Source of the DNA: a virus
Taxonomy: Duplodnaviria; Heunggongvirae; Uroviricota; Caudoviricetes
Virus record (IMG/VR): IMGVR_UViG_3300029850_000274
Coordinates: 76,794 to 140,793 of that record
Strand: one strand, 5' to 3'
Length of the DNA: 64,000 bases
The translations under genes and the position numbers were made by a program. This document shows positions 26,552-34,753 of this stretch, piece by piece; within the stretch, counting starts at the first letter, position 1, and each line of letters starts with the position of its first letter. The notes under the pieces are model-generated. The model saw only the letters and a program-made list of their open reading frames with translations. It was not told the origin of the DNA and did not search any database.

Positions 26552-27019
26552 ATGATTTATAAATTAGAATTAGGCGATTGGTCGGAAGATGGGCATAAAA
26601 TATCAGAAAGTTTTTTATTTGATTGTAACTATGATATTCATAAAATTCGACAAGCGTATAAAGACAGTTGTAAAAAGCTAGGAGTAGCTTTTAATTACAA
26701 TGAAGATTATACGGGTCTAGGTCTTGGTTATAGAAGTGAGAGACTGATTTGGACAGAGTATCAAGAATCAGAAATGAGCGAAACAGCATTTGAAATTTTA
26801 AATAATTCTGGGTGTTTTAAAGAGGTTGATTTCTATAAAGAAGATGGCGTGTATTATATCGAAGAAAGGAAAGACTGTGCAAAACTTATTATGAATTTTA
26901 TCGCACTGTCTATGCCTAAAGATTTTCGATATAAGCTTGTCCAAGAGCCAAAAGTTGAATCGATTAATAGTTGGAATCATGAACTGAGACAGCACTTTGG
27001 GTATGGATTATTTGATTAA
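26552..27019 (+). CDS. hypothetical protein (155 aa)
   Basis: ORF with AAAGAAAGGAGA RBS. Confidence 0.5.
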   Translation: MIYKLELGDWSEDGHKISESFLFDCNYDIHKIRQAYKDSCKKLGVAFNYNEDYTGLGLGYRSERLIWTEYQESEMSETAFEILNNSGCFKEVDFYKEDGVYYIEERKDCAKLIMNFIALSMPKDFRYKLVQEPKVESINSWNHELRQHFGYGLFD

Positions 27020-27050
27020 TAAAACAGTAATTTAATGGAAGGAGAAAACA

Positions 27051-27647
27051 ATGGACGTTAATAAATTATTGGTTGTCGTCGATATGCAGAATGATTTCAT
27101 CGACGGAAGCCTTGGGACCAAAGAAGCACAGGAAATTGTTCCCAAAGTAATTGAGAAAATTAAAAATTTTGATGGCATTATTGTTGCAACAATGGACACA
27201 CACGATGAAAATTATTTATCTATACAGGAAGGAAAGAATCTTCCAGTAAAGCATTGCATCTGCGGAGAAGATGGATGGCATTTAAATGAAGAAGTTAGAA
27301 AGGCATTATTATCGTCAGAGATGTTTTGTCGCAATGACAAGCAAGAAAATGCTATTTGGCTTCTTGAGAACTATTGTAAAGAAACATTTGGGTCATTAGA
27401 ACTTATGGACGATTGTTCTGATGAATTCGGTGAAGATGGTCGGTCTCATCCAGAAGATGTTGAAATTACCTTAATTGGTCTTTGTACAGATATTTGTGTA
27501 ATCTCAAATGCAATGTTGTTAAAAGCAGCGTTACCAGAAGCAAAGATTGTCGTAGATGCATCTTGTTGTGCGGGTGTAACACCAGAGAGTCACAAGAACG
27601 CACTCGAAGCAATGAAGATGTGTCAAATTGAAATAATTAATGAATAA
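27051..27647 (+). CDS. isochorismatase-family cysteine hydrolase, nicotinamidase (PncA)-like
   Basis: LLVVVDMQNDFIDG (nicotinamidase-type VDxQNDF), metal/His region ATMDTHDENY, catalytic Cys context LIGLCTDICV. Confidence 0.6.
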   Translation: MDVNKLLVVVDMQNDFIDGSLGTKEAQEIVPKVIEKIKNFDGIIVATMDTHDENYLSIQEGKNLPVKHCICGEDGWHLNEEVRKALLSSEMFCRNDKQENAIWLLENYCKETFGSLELMDDCSDEFGEDGRSHPEDVEITLIGLCTDICVISNAMLLKAALPEAKIVVDASCCAGVTPESHKNALEAMKMCQIEIINE

Positions 27648-27662
27648 AGGGGGTGATAAAGC

Positions 27663-28499
27663 ATGATTAGTATTAATGGAGTCCCAGTTGTTCCAGAATC
27701 TTTTCCAGATGGAACGCAAAAAATTGATTTTTCGTTAGGTGTGATATCTCAAGAAATCATAGAAAACAAGACAGTGTATATCACATGGTTATATGAGTCA
27801 GATAAAGAGTTGTTTTCCTTGTTGTGTATTTCTAAAAATATTAAAGAACATTTTCCGTGGTTACAACAAGCATTAGTGATGCCGTATATACCAAATGCAA
27901 GATTTGACAGAGTAAAAGAGCCAAGCGAATGCTTTACATTAAAATATTTTGCAGAAATTATTAATAGTCTTGGATTTATAAGAGTTATTGTAACTGATCC
28001 ACATTCCGATGTATCTACTGCATTGATTGATCATGTAGAAGTAATCCGTGGAGCATCATATATTACACAAACTTGTAGCAAAGTCGTTAAAGCAGAACCA
28101 TCAAGAAATCTTGTAATTTATTTCCCAGATAGCGGATCACTAAAAAGATATTCTGAATTTGTATCAGATGATTATCCGATTGTCTATGGAATTAAAAATC
28201 GTGATTGGAAGACAGGAGAAATTCTTGGTATTGAGATTCATGGAGATACAGATAAATTAGACGAAAATACGGCAATCCTTATGATTGATGATATTTGTAG
28301 TAAGGGTGGCACATTCTATTATGGATCAAAAGAATTAAACAAATACGGTTGTAAAGATATGTATTTATATGTTAGTCACTGTGAAAATACAATTCTTGAT
28401 GGAGAATTATTAAAGAAAGATAGTTTGTTTAAAAAAGTGTATACGACACGTAGTATTTTTACAAAAGAACATGAGAAAGTTGAGGTGTTAGATTTATGA
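27663..28499 (+). CDS. ribose-phosphate pyrophosphokinase (Prs)-like type-I PRTase; candidate ADPR-pyrophosphate synthetase (Adps-like)
   Basis: PRPP-binding loop LMIDDICSKGGTF (DD..D.GGT). Two-PRT-domain length (278 aa). Four-base overlap with the NAMPT-like gene. Confidence 0.6.
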   Translation: MISINGVPVVPESFPDGTQKIDFSLGVISQEIIENKTVYITWLYESDKELFSLLCISKNIKEHFPWLQQALVMPYIPNARFDRVKEPSECFTLKYFAEIINSLGFIRVIVTDPHSDVSTALIDHVEVIRGASYITQTCSKVVKAEPSRNLVIYFPDSGSLKRYSEFVSDDYPIVYGIKNRDWKTGEILGIEIHGDTDKLDENTAILMIDDICSKGGTFYYGSKELNKYGCKDMYLYVSHCENTILDGELLKKDSLFKKVYTTRSIFTKEHEKVEVLDL

Positions 28500-29965
28500 A
28501 ACAAACAAATCCAATGTTATTAATTGATTTTTATAAAGCAGTTCATGCTGAAATGTTACCAAAAGGTATTACAAAATCTGTTTCTTATTTTACTCCACGT
28601 ATGAGCAGAGTAAAACGATGGAATGAAGTAGCCATGTTTGGATTACAAGGATTCATTAAAGAGTATTTGGTCGATTATTTTAATGAGTATTTTTTCTTTG
28701 AATATAGAAACAAAGCAATTGGTACTTATAAGACAGTAATGGATGCAACTCTTGGAGAAGGTACATATGGATTACAGAAAATCGAAGATTTATATGATCT
28801 TGGCTATCTTCCAATTGAGATTAAGGCTCTTCCTGAAGGAACTTTAGTACCAATGCATGTGCCGATGTTTAGTATTGAGAATACACATAAAGATTTTGCA
28901 TGGTTGCCACAGGCATTAGAAAGCTTAATTTCCGCAGAAATGTGGCATCCGATGATCGCTGCAACTGTCGGGCATACATATAGACAGATCGTTAATAAGT
29001 TTTATGAAATGACTTGCGATGACAATGCCGTAAAAGCTAGAGCATTAGGAGCTTTTGATTTTCGTGGAGAAGAGTGTTTACAGTCTGCGGTTAAAGCAGG
29101 GGCAGGATGGTGTTTATCATTCTTAAATACAGCTACGGTTCCAACAATTCCATATTTAGAGAGAAATTATAATTGTGATTGTACGAAAGAACCAGTTGCT
29201 TTTGGTAGCCCGTCTACTGAGCATTCGGTTGCGTGTAGTAATTATGCGATTGACGGAGATGAAGAGACTCTGATTAAAAGATTACTTACAGAGATTTATC
29301 CAAACACAAGCTTCTCCGCAGTATTGGATTCATATGATTATTGGAACGTTGTAGAGAATATTCTTCCAAAACTCAAGAATGAGATCATGAATCACAATGG
29401 ATGTTTTCTTGTAAGAGGAGATTCAGGAGATTGTGTAGATGTAGTAACCAGAACGGTATTCAAGTTATGGGAAGAATTTGGCGGAACTACGAATAGTAAA
29501 GGATACAAAGTATTAGATCCTCATATAAAAGCAATTTACGGAGATTCAATTACAGTGCAGAGATGTGAGCAGATTTATGACATCTTAGAGAAAAATGGAT
29601 TCGCAGCAAGCAATGTTGCACTTGGCGTTGGATCATTCTCATTCCAGTGCATCGAAGAAGATGGAATTTTAAAACCATTTACAAGAGATACATTTAGCAG
29701 TTGTATTAAAGCAACGTATTGTGAGATTGATGGTAAACCATATCCAATTTTTAAGAATCCAAAAGATGGCGGATTTAAGAAATCTCAGAGAGGTTTATGT
29801 CATGTCTATAAAGGATCAGACGGTAAATTGACATTTAAAGATGGATATACTTCAGAAAATCTTCCAATGAATAATCTGCTTGAGACAGTATTTAGAGATG
29901 GCAAATTGGTAAAGGAACAGTCATTACAGGAAATTAGGAGAGTTTTAAACGAAGGAGAATTTTAA
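28496..29965 (+). CDS. nicotinamide phosphoribosyltransferase (NAMPT/NadV)-like; candidate Namat-like NAD+ reconstitution enzyme
   Basis: N-terminus NPMLLIDFYKAVHAEMLPKGITKSVSYFTPR parallels NAMPT NPILL.DSYK.tHy.qyP....v.SYfe.R. VRGDSGD motif. 489 aa, which is NAMPT-sized rather than PncB-sized. Confidence 0.65.
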   Translation: MKQTNPMLLIDFYKAVHAEMLPKGITKSVSYFTPRMSRVKRWNEVAMFGLQGFIKEYLVDYFNEYFFFEYRNKAIGTYKTVMDATLGEGTYGLQKIEDLYDLGYLPIEIKALPEGTLVPMHVPMFSIENTHKDFAWLPQALESLISAEMWHPMIAATVGHTYRQIVNKFYEMTCDDNAVKARALGAFDFRGEECLQSAVKAGAGWCLSFLNTATVPTIPYLERNYNCDCTKEPVAFGSPSTEHSVACSNYAIDGDEETLIKRLLTEIYPNTSFSAVLDSYDYWNVVENILPKLKNEIMNHNGCFLVRGDSGDCVDVVTRTVFKLWEEFGGTTNSKGYKVLDPHIKAIYGDSITVQRCEQIYDILEKNGFAASNVALGVGSFSFQCIEEDGILKPFTRDTFSSCIKATYCEIDGKPYPIFKNPKDGGFKKSQRGLCHVYKGSDGKLTFKDGYTSENLPMNNLLETVFRDGKLVKEQSLQEIRRVLNEGEF

Positions 29966-30375
29966 TGGATTTTTACTTAGATAAAGACCATTGCTATCAG
30001 CGACTTGAAGATGAATTTAAGAAATATGGAAAATTAATTTTCTGTGTAGATTTTGATGATACATTATATGATTTTCACAAAGTTGGTAGAACTTATGACG
30101 ATGTGATGAATTTGCTTCGAGAATGGGAAGATTATTCTGAAGTGATTATTCTGACAGGTAATGGATCAGACAAATATGATATGATCGCAAATTATTTACA
30201 GAATCATAAGATTAAATACAAAGGTATCAACTGTGACAGTTCAATTCCCGTAGGCGGTCGCAAGGCATATGCAAATGTATATATTGATGACAGAGGTGGC
30301 TTGCCTTTAGTCTATAAACACTTAAAAATACTTATTTCAAGAATTAAGAGAGGAGATATAAAACATGAGTTTTAA
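29965..30375 (+). CDS. small HAD-superfamily phosphatase-like protein (136 aa)
   Basis: HAD motif I VDFDDTLYD (DxDxT). Overlaps both neighbours, consistent with translational coupling inside the NAD island. Confidence 0.45.
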   Translation: MDFYLDKDHCYQRLEDEFKKYGKLIFCVDFDDTLYDFHKVGRTYDDVMNLLREWEDYSEVIILTGNGSDKYDMIANYLQNHKIKYKGINCDSSIPVGGRKAYANVYIDDRGGLPLVYKHLKILISRIKRGDIKHEF

Positions 30376-31135
30376 TGCAGTAGAAACCAAAGACAGATTA
30401 GTGCAGTGGATCAAAGATTGGTTTGAAATTAATGGTAAAGGATGCAATTCCATTGTAGGAATTTCAGGAGGTAAAGATTCATCAGTTGTCGCTGCCTTAT
30501 GTGTCGAAGCACTAGGTAAAGATCAAGTTATTGGTGTTATGATGCCACAGGGAGATCAGTCAGACATTGAATATTCAAGAATGTTATGTGATCACTTAAG
30601 AATTGATAACTATACGGTTAATATCTACGAGCCATGTTTAAGTATCAAGCATGAAGTATCAAGCGTATTAAATGGTAAATGGAGTAAACAGAGTGCCACA
30701 AATTTACCTGCTCGTATCCGAATGGCTACATTGTATGCTTTTGCACAGAGTATGAATGGAAGAGTAGCAAATACATGTAATTTATCTGAAGATTGGGTCG
30801 GATATGCAACAAGATATGGAGATTCAGCCGGAGATTTTAGTCCATTAAGTGATCTAACTGTGACAGAAGTTAAAGCAATTGGTAGAGTTCTGGGACTTCC
30901 AACAGAGTTAATCGAAAAAACTCCTACTGATGGGTTATGTGGCAAGACAGATGAAGATAATCTTGGATTTACATACGAAGTGTTGGATGAATATATCAGA
31001 ACAGGTGAATGCAAGGATAAAGCAGTGAGACAGATCATTGATGAAATGCATGAGAAGAATGTATTTAAACTTGCTCCAATGCCTAAATTTATATCTGGCA
31101 TGTGGATCGAGGCAGGAATGGAGTTGGATGATTAA
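30365..31135 (+). CDS. nadE: NH3-dependent NAD+ synthetase
   Basis: PP-loop ATP pyrophosphatase motif IVGISGGKDSSVVAAL (SGGxDS). 256 aa. Confidence 0.7.
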   Translation: MSFNAVETKDRLVQWIKDWFEINGKGCNSIVGISGGKDSSVVAALCVEALGKDQVIGVMMPQGDQSDIEYSRMLCDHLRIDNYTVNIYEPCLSIKHEVSSVLNGKWSKQSATNLPARIRMATLYAFAQSMNGRVANTCNLSEDWVGYATRYGDSAGDFSPLSDLTVTEVKAIGRVLGLPTELIEKTPTDGLCGKTDEDNLGFTYEVLDEYIRTGECKDKAVRQIIDEMHEKNVFKLAPMPKFISGMWIEAGMELDD

Positions 31136-31137
31136 AC

Positions 31138-31470
31138 ATGAAAGTTAAAGCAAAATGGGCAGGTCGTGGTTTTGCACTCTGTATTGGGGAATGGAAGCTT
31201 TATGTTGATGGCAAAGATGCTACAGATAAGATTCCAGAAGACTTACGCACAGAATCTATGAATACATATAAAAAATATGAACGATGGTATTTTAAGGGTT
31301 GGGACGTAGAATGGGAATCATATTATGACGGACTAAAGCAAGATGAATGGATTGAGTCTAATAAATATTGGTTAGATGAAATCACAACAGATATTGAAAT
31401 TCAACGTCAAATTTTCAAAGCAATTAATGAACAAGATTTTCGCCATAACTCATGTGGTGGGTGTATTTAG
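31138..31470 (+). CDS. hypothetical protein (110 aa) ending in ...NSCGGCI
   Basis: ORF starts 3 nt after the nadE stop. Confidence 0.45.
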   Translation: MKVKAKWAGRGFALCIGEWKLYVDGKDATDKIPEDLRTESMNTYKKYERWYFKGWDVEWESYYDGLKQDEWIESNKYWLDEITTDIEIQRQIFKAINEQDFRHNSCGGCI

Positions 31471-31564
31471 TAACTAGGTTATAACATCTATATATGATGT
31501 TGTGATAAATAAATACAATCTATCTGTTAAACTCAAAAACAAAGAAAGTAGAGGAATTTTATAG

Positions 31565-32440
31565 ATGTTGATGTTTTTATTTAGAGGATTATTATTGATT
31601 GGTACTGCCGTACTGATTGGAGTTGGATGCTATGATTTTCAGGAAGAAAATTTTAAGCCATTCAAAAAAATGTTATATGCTTTAATCCCATTCGTATTAT
31701 GGGTACTTACATTATGTATTGTATATGTACCGTCTAATAACGTAGGAATTCGTTGGTCAGCATTCAGTGGAACTAGCAGCAAGACATTAAATGAAGGAAT
31801 TACATTCAAGAGTCCAATTGATAAGGTATTTCTTATTCCAACTACTGTAGAAGAGAGATCAATTAAGAATGTAAATGTTCAGACCAAAGATGCACAGTTT
31901 GTAAAAGCTGAGGTAAATGTCAAGTTTCGTGTTAACCAGAAAGATGCATTTAAGGTATACAAGAGATACACAACACTTGACAACTTAAAGCAGAATATTA
32001 TTAGCAACTATGCCCAGAAGAGTATTGAAACAGTAGTTACTCAGTACAATGTGATTGATACTCTTGGGGCTAAGAAAAATGAGATTTATTCTTTAGCTAC
32101 AAAAGATTTACAGAACATGCTTAAAGATGAAGGTGTCGAGCTTGTGCAGCTGACTATTAAAGATATGAACGCAGGAGACGAAATTGAGAAAGCGATCGCT
32201 GATGAAGCAGTCGCTAAGAAACGTGTAGAAACAGCAGAGCAGAATCGTCTTAAAGCAAAGAAAGATGCTGAGACTAAGGTAGTTAATGCTAAAGCAGAGG
32301 CTGATGCAAATAAAATCTTAGAGAAACAGCTAACAAACAAAATCTTAATTCAGCAGTGGATTGAAAAATGGAACGGAGAGGTTCCTAAAGTATCTGGTGA
32401 TAGCAAGTCTATGATCAATATTCAGGATTTGATGAAATAA
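31565..32440 (+). CDS. SPFH/band-7 (prohibitin/flotillin-like) membrane protein
   Basis: N-terminal TM helix, then SPFH-like core (GIRWSAFSG...KDAQFVKAEVNVKFRV) and an Ala/Lys-rich coiled-coil tail. Confidence 0.55.
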   Translation: MLMFLFRGLLLIGTAVLIGVGCYDFQEENFKPFKKMLYALIPFVLWVLTLCIVYVPSNNVGIRWSAFSGTSSKTLNEGITFKSPIDKVFLIPTTVEERSIKNVNVQTKDAQFVKAEVNVKFRVNQKDAFKVYKRYTTLDNLKQNIISNYAQKSIETVVTQYNVIDTLGAKKNEIYSLATKDLQNMLKDEGVELVQLTIKDMNAGDEIEKAIADEAVAKKRVETAEQNRLKAKKDAETKVVNAKAEADANKILEKQLTNKILIQQWIEKWNGEVPKVSGDSKSMINIQDLMK

Positions 32441-32494
32441 TTTAAAAAATTACATATTAGCAGATAGTATTTGTATTAAAACTGGCATTTTATG

Positions 32495-32558
32495 ACACTA
32501 TAAACAACAACATATAGTGTTTATTCAATTATTAAACCACTATATATAGTTGTATAAA
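32495..32558 (+). promoter_or_regulatory. Paired palindromes plus -10 element upstream of the tRNA gene
   Basis: ACACTATA-N10-TATAGTGT (32495-32520) and ACTATATATAGT (32539-32550), then TATAAA (32553-32558) 11 nt before tRNA position 1. Confidence 0.4.
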
Positions 32559-32569
32559 GTGCCAGTCAT

Positions 32570-32712
32570 GGAAACATAGCTCAGTTGGTAGAGCAGGCAA
32601 TACATAACATTCATTTTTCTGCCTCCATATAAGTATTTTTATATTATTTACATTTTAATTTTTCATCACATATAAATTGCCGACACAGGTTCGATTCCTG
32701 TTGTTTCCACTA
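32570..32712 (+). tRNA. tRNA gene interrupted by a ~68-nt AT-rich insertion in the anticodon loop (anticodon possibly CAU)
   Basis: Acceptor GGAAACA/TGTTTCC (7 of 7 pairs), D-arm GCTC-AGTTGGTA-GAGC, anticodon stem GGCAA (32596-600) pairing TTGCC (32677-81), T-arm ACAGG-TTCGATT-CCTGT, discriminator A. 76 nt lie between the anticodon-stem halves where 7 are expected. Confidence 0.5.
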
Positions 32713-32749
32713 AAAAAGACCTCAACCTAAATGGTCAAAGTCTTTTTGA

Positions 32750-32953
32750 TTAATCGTTTGGTATGACCTCAATAACATCTTCAACTTTGCAATCAAGATA
32801 TAAGCAAATTTTATCGATGTTTTCGAGACTGATATACTGATTCTTTGCCATCTTGGCAATTGTACCAGACCCCATATTTAAAGCGGTTCGTAAATCAGAT
32901 TTTGTCATACCATTTTTCGCTAAAGTTACGAAAAGCGGTTTATAACTTATCAT
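32750..32953 (-). CDS. XRE-family HTH transcriptional regulator (68 aa), minus strand
   Basis: MISYKPLFVTLAKNGMTKSDLRTALNMGSGTIAKMAKNQYISLENIDKICLYLDCKVEDVIEVIPND. GGAGG RBS 7 nt upstream on the minus strand. One of only two minus-strand genes. Confidence 0.6.
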   Translation of the reverse strand: MISYKPLFVTLAKNGMTKSDLRTALNMGSGTIAKMAKNQYISLENIDKICLYLDCKVEDVIEVIPND

Positions 32954-33034
32954 ATGATATACCTCCACATCTATATTGTAGCATATTACATACAGGATGT
33001 AAAATAAAATATTCAAGAAGTTGAAGATTTTGTA

Positions 33035-33063
33035 TTGACACTATCTGCAAGAAGTGGTATATT
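33035..33063 (+). promoter_or_regulatory. Sigma-A promoter for the rightward block, divergent from the XRE regulator
   Basis: TTGACA (33035-40), 17-nt spacer, TGgTATATT extended -10 (33055-33063). Confidence 0.55.
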
Positions 33064-33118
33064 ATATTCAACAAATGAGAGATAAACTTTAAGAAATGAA
33101 ATATGAAGGAGCGATAAA

Positions 33119-33526
33119 ATGTCAAATAAAATTTACAGATATTATCAACCAAACGATAAAGATACAAAAGACAATCATTCAGATTGCGTGATCAGAGCAT
33201 TAACAAAAGTGCTTGATAAAGAATGGTTAGCAACATTTGATGATTTATTACCATACGCAAGAGACATGCAGTGTATGCCATCAGAACGAAGATGTTATGA
33301 GGAATATTTATTCGATAATGGATTTGCTTATCAAGGTATTAGCAACCGAAAAGGATCTAAACGACCAACAGTTGAAAGTTTTGCAAAAGATCATAAGCAA
33401 GGCAATTACTTGGTAAATGTTGCGAATCATGTAGTTGCAATTTCAGACGGTTGTTATTACGACACATGGGATTCTGGAGATTGTTGCTTGTATGGATATT
33501 ACTATAAGGAAGAAGGAGAGAAATAA
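33119..33526 (+). CDS. papain-like (C39-like) cysteine peptidase-fold protein
   Basis: Cys context NHSDCVIRALTKVL, His context ANHVVAISDGCYY, then DTWDSGD. This Cys-His-Asp order and spacing is typical of Peptidase_C39-like domains. Confidence 0.4.
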   Translation: MSNKIYRYYQPNDKDTKDNHSDCVIRALTKVLDKEWLATFDDLLPYARDMQCMPSERRCYEEYLFDNGFAYQGISNRKGSKRPTVESFAKDHKQGNYLVNVANHVVAISDGCYYDTWDSGDCCLYGYYYKEEGEK

Positions 33527-33811
33527 ATGAGAAAGAAAATTTTAGCAACAGTATTAGGAGTAACGATTTGCTTAGGATCAATGACAGGATGTGCAGGATT
33601 CAAAAGAGAAATCGTTGATATGAAAAGCGATTGGAATGGCGGTATGAAAAGAGTCATTACAGTATATACAGCAGATGGTAAAAAGATTGCTGAATATAAA
33701 GGGAAAATTGACATTGATACAAATGACGGTGGGTATGTCAAGTTTGACTACAAAGGAAAGAGATACATTTACTACAACTGCTTCGTAGAAAGTATCGCAG
33801 AAATTGATTAG
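33527..33811 (+). CDS. small lipoprotein (94 aa)
   Basis: Signal peptide with lipobox LGSMTGC. Confidence 0.5.
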   Translation: MRKKILATVLGVTICLGSMTGCAGFKREIVDMKSDWNGGMKRVITVYTADGKKIAEYKGKIDIDTNDGGYVKFDYKGKRYIYYNCFVESIAEID

Positions 33812-33825
33812 AGAGGAGAAGACAA

Positions 33826-34221
33826 ATGAATTTAGAAGAAACTATCAAATGCGCAAATGATATGGCAACAAAGAAATACACAGAAGCCATGTTGTGTCAT
33901 GCGAATCCAGACGATGAAGAACTTGACAGGCTTATTGGCTGCGCCTTAAATCATGAGCAGCTTGCAAAGTGGCTGGGAGAACTCAAAGAGCTAAAAGAAT
34001 ATAAAGAAAAGTATAGATGGCATGACTTAAGAAAGAGTCCTGATGATCTGCCAGAAGATAGCAAAGATGTTTTAGTAACCGTAAAGGGTGGTTGTGTAAA
34101 CAGAACATGGCATGATTCTTGTGGATGGAGAAATGCGACAGCTAAAAGAGCAAGCTACTATAGCGACAAAAGTGTTCTGGCATGGAAAGAAATTGAAGAG
34201 TTTGAAAGCGAGGGAGAATAG
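33826..34221 (+). CDS. hypothetical protein (131 aa)
   Basis: ORF with AGAGAGGAGAAGA RBS. Confidence 0.5.
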   Translation: MNLEETIKCANDMATKKYTEAMLCHANPDDEELDRLIGCALNHEQLAKWLGELKELKEYKEKYRWHDLRKSPDDLPEDSKDVLVTVKGGCVNRTWHDSCGWRNATAKRASYYSDKSVLAWKEIEEFESEGE

Positions 34222-34223
34222 AA

Positions 34224-34736
34224 ATGAGTACAGAAAAAACAATTGACATTTCAGTATTGCCAGAGGCAGAACAGGATCTGATAAAAGCATTATTTGATAA
34301 ATGCTGCGAAAGAGCGAAACCAAAAGAAAAAACTAATTCAGGGTCTAAAGTTTGGAAACCAAAATACGGTGAAAGATATCATTACATTGATGGTAGCGGA
34401 TCTATTTATAGTGCAATATGGTTTAATAGTATTGTCGATAACGGTAGATGGGTATTAGGCAACGTATTTAAAACACAAGAAGAAGCAGTATTTGCAAGAA
34501 AGAAAAGAAAAGTAGAAGTTGAACTTGAGCGGTATGCAAAGGAACACAACGGCACAGAATTTGCCAATCGTTGTTATTGTATTCGATGTGAAGAAGACGG
34601 AAAAAGACTTCTTTGCGATACATGGGCTACAACAAAAATACAGGGTACAGTTATGTTTACATCAAAAGATGTTTTAGTTGATGCAATTGAAGCAATCGGA
34701 AGAGACAGAATCATTAAATACATCTTTGATGCGTAA
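34224..34736 (+). CDS. hypothetical protein (170 aa)
   Basis: ORF tightly packed after the upstream gene. Confidence 0.5.
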   Translation: MSTEKTIDISVLPEAEQDLIKALFDKCCERAKPKEKTNSGSKVWKPKYGERYHYIDGSGSIYSAIWFNSIVDNGRWVLGNVFKTQEEAVFARKKRKVEVELERYAKEHNGTEFANRCYCIRCEEDGKRLLCDTWATTKIQGTVMFTSKDVLVDAIEAIGRDRIIKYIFDA

Positions 34737-34753
34737 AGTGAGGGAAATGAGTA

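Noticed and set aside
28496-29965. Calling the PRTase a nicotinate phosphoribosyltransferase (PncB) because PncA and NadE are adjacent
   Set aside because: Its length (489 aa), the N-terminal LLxDxYK...SYFxxR region and the GDSGD motif fit NAMPT/NadV better than PncB (about 400 aa). The nicotinate-using possibility is kept only as a hypothesis in the findings.
32601-32676. Interpreting the tRNA insert as a self-splicing group I intron
   Set aside because: The insert is only about 68 nt and AT-rich, with no P/Q/R/S-like elements. Group I introns in bacterial tRNA genes are over 200 nt. It is kept as unexplained rather than called an intron.
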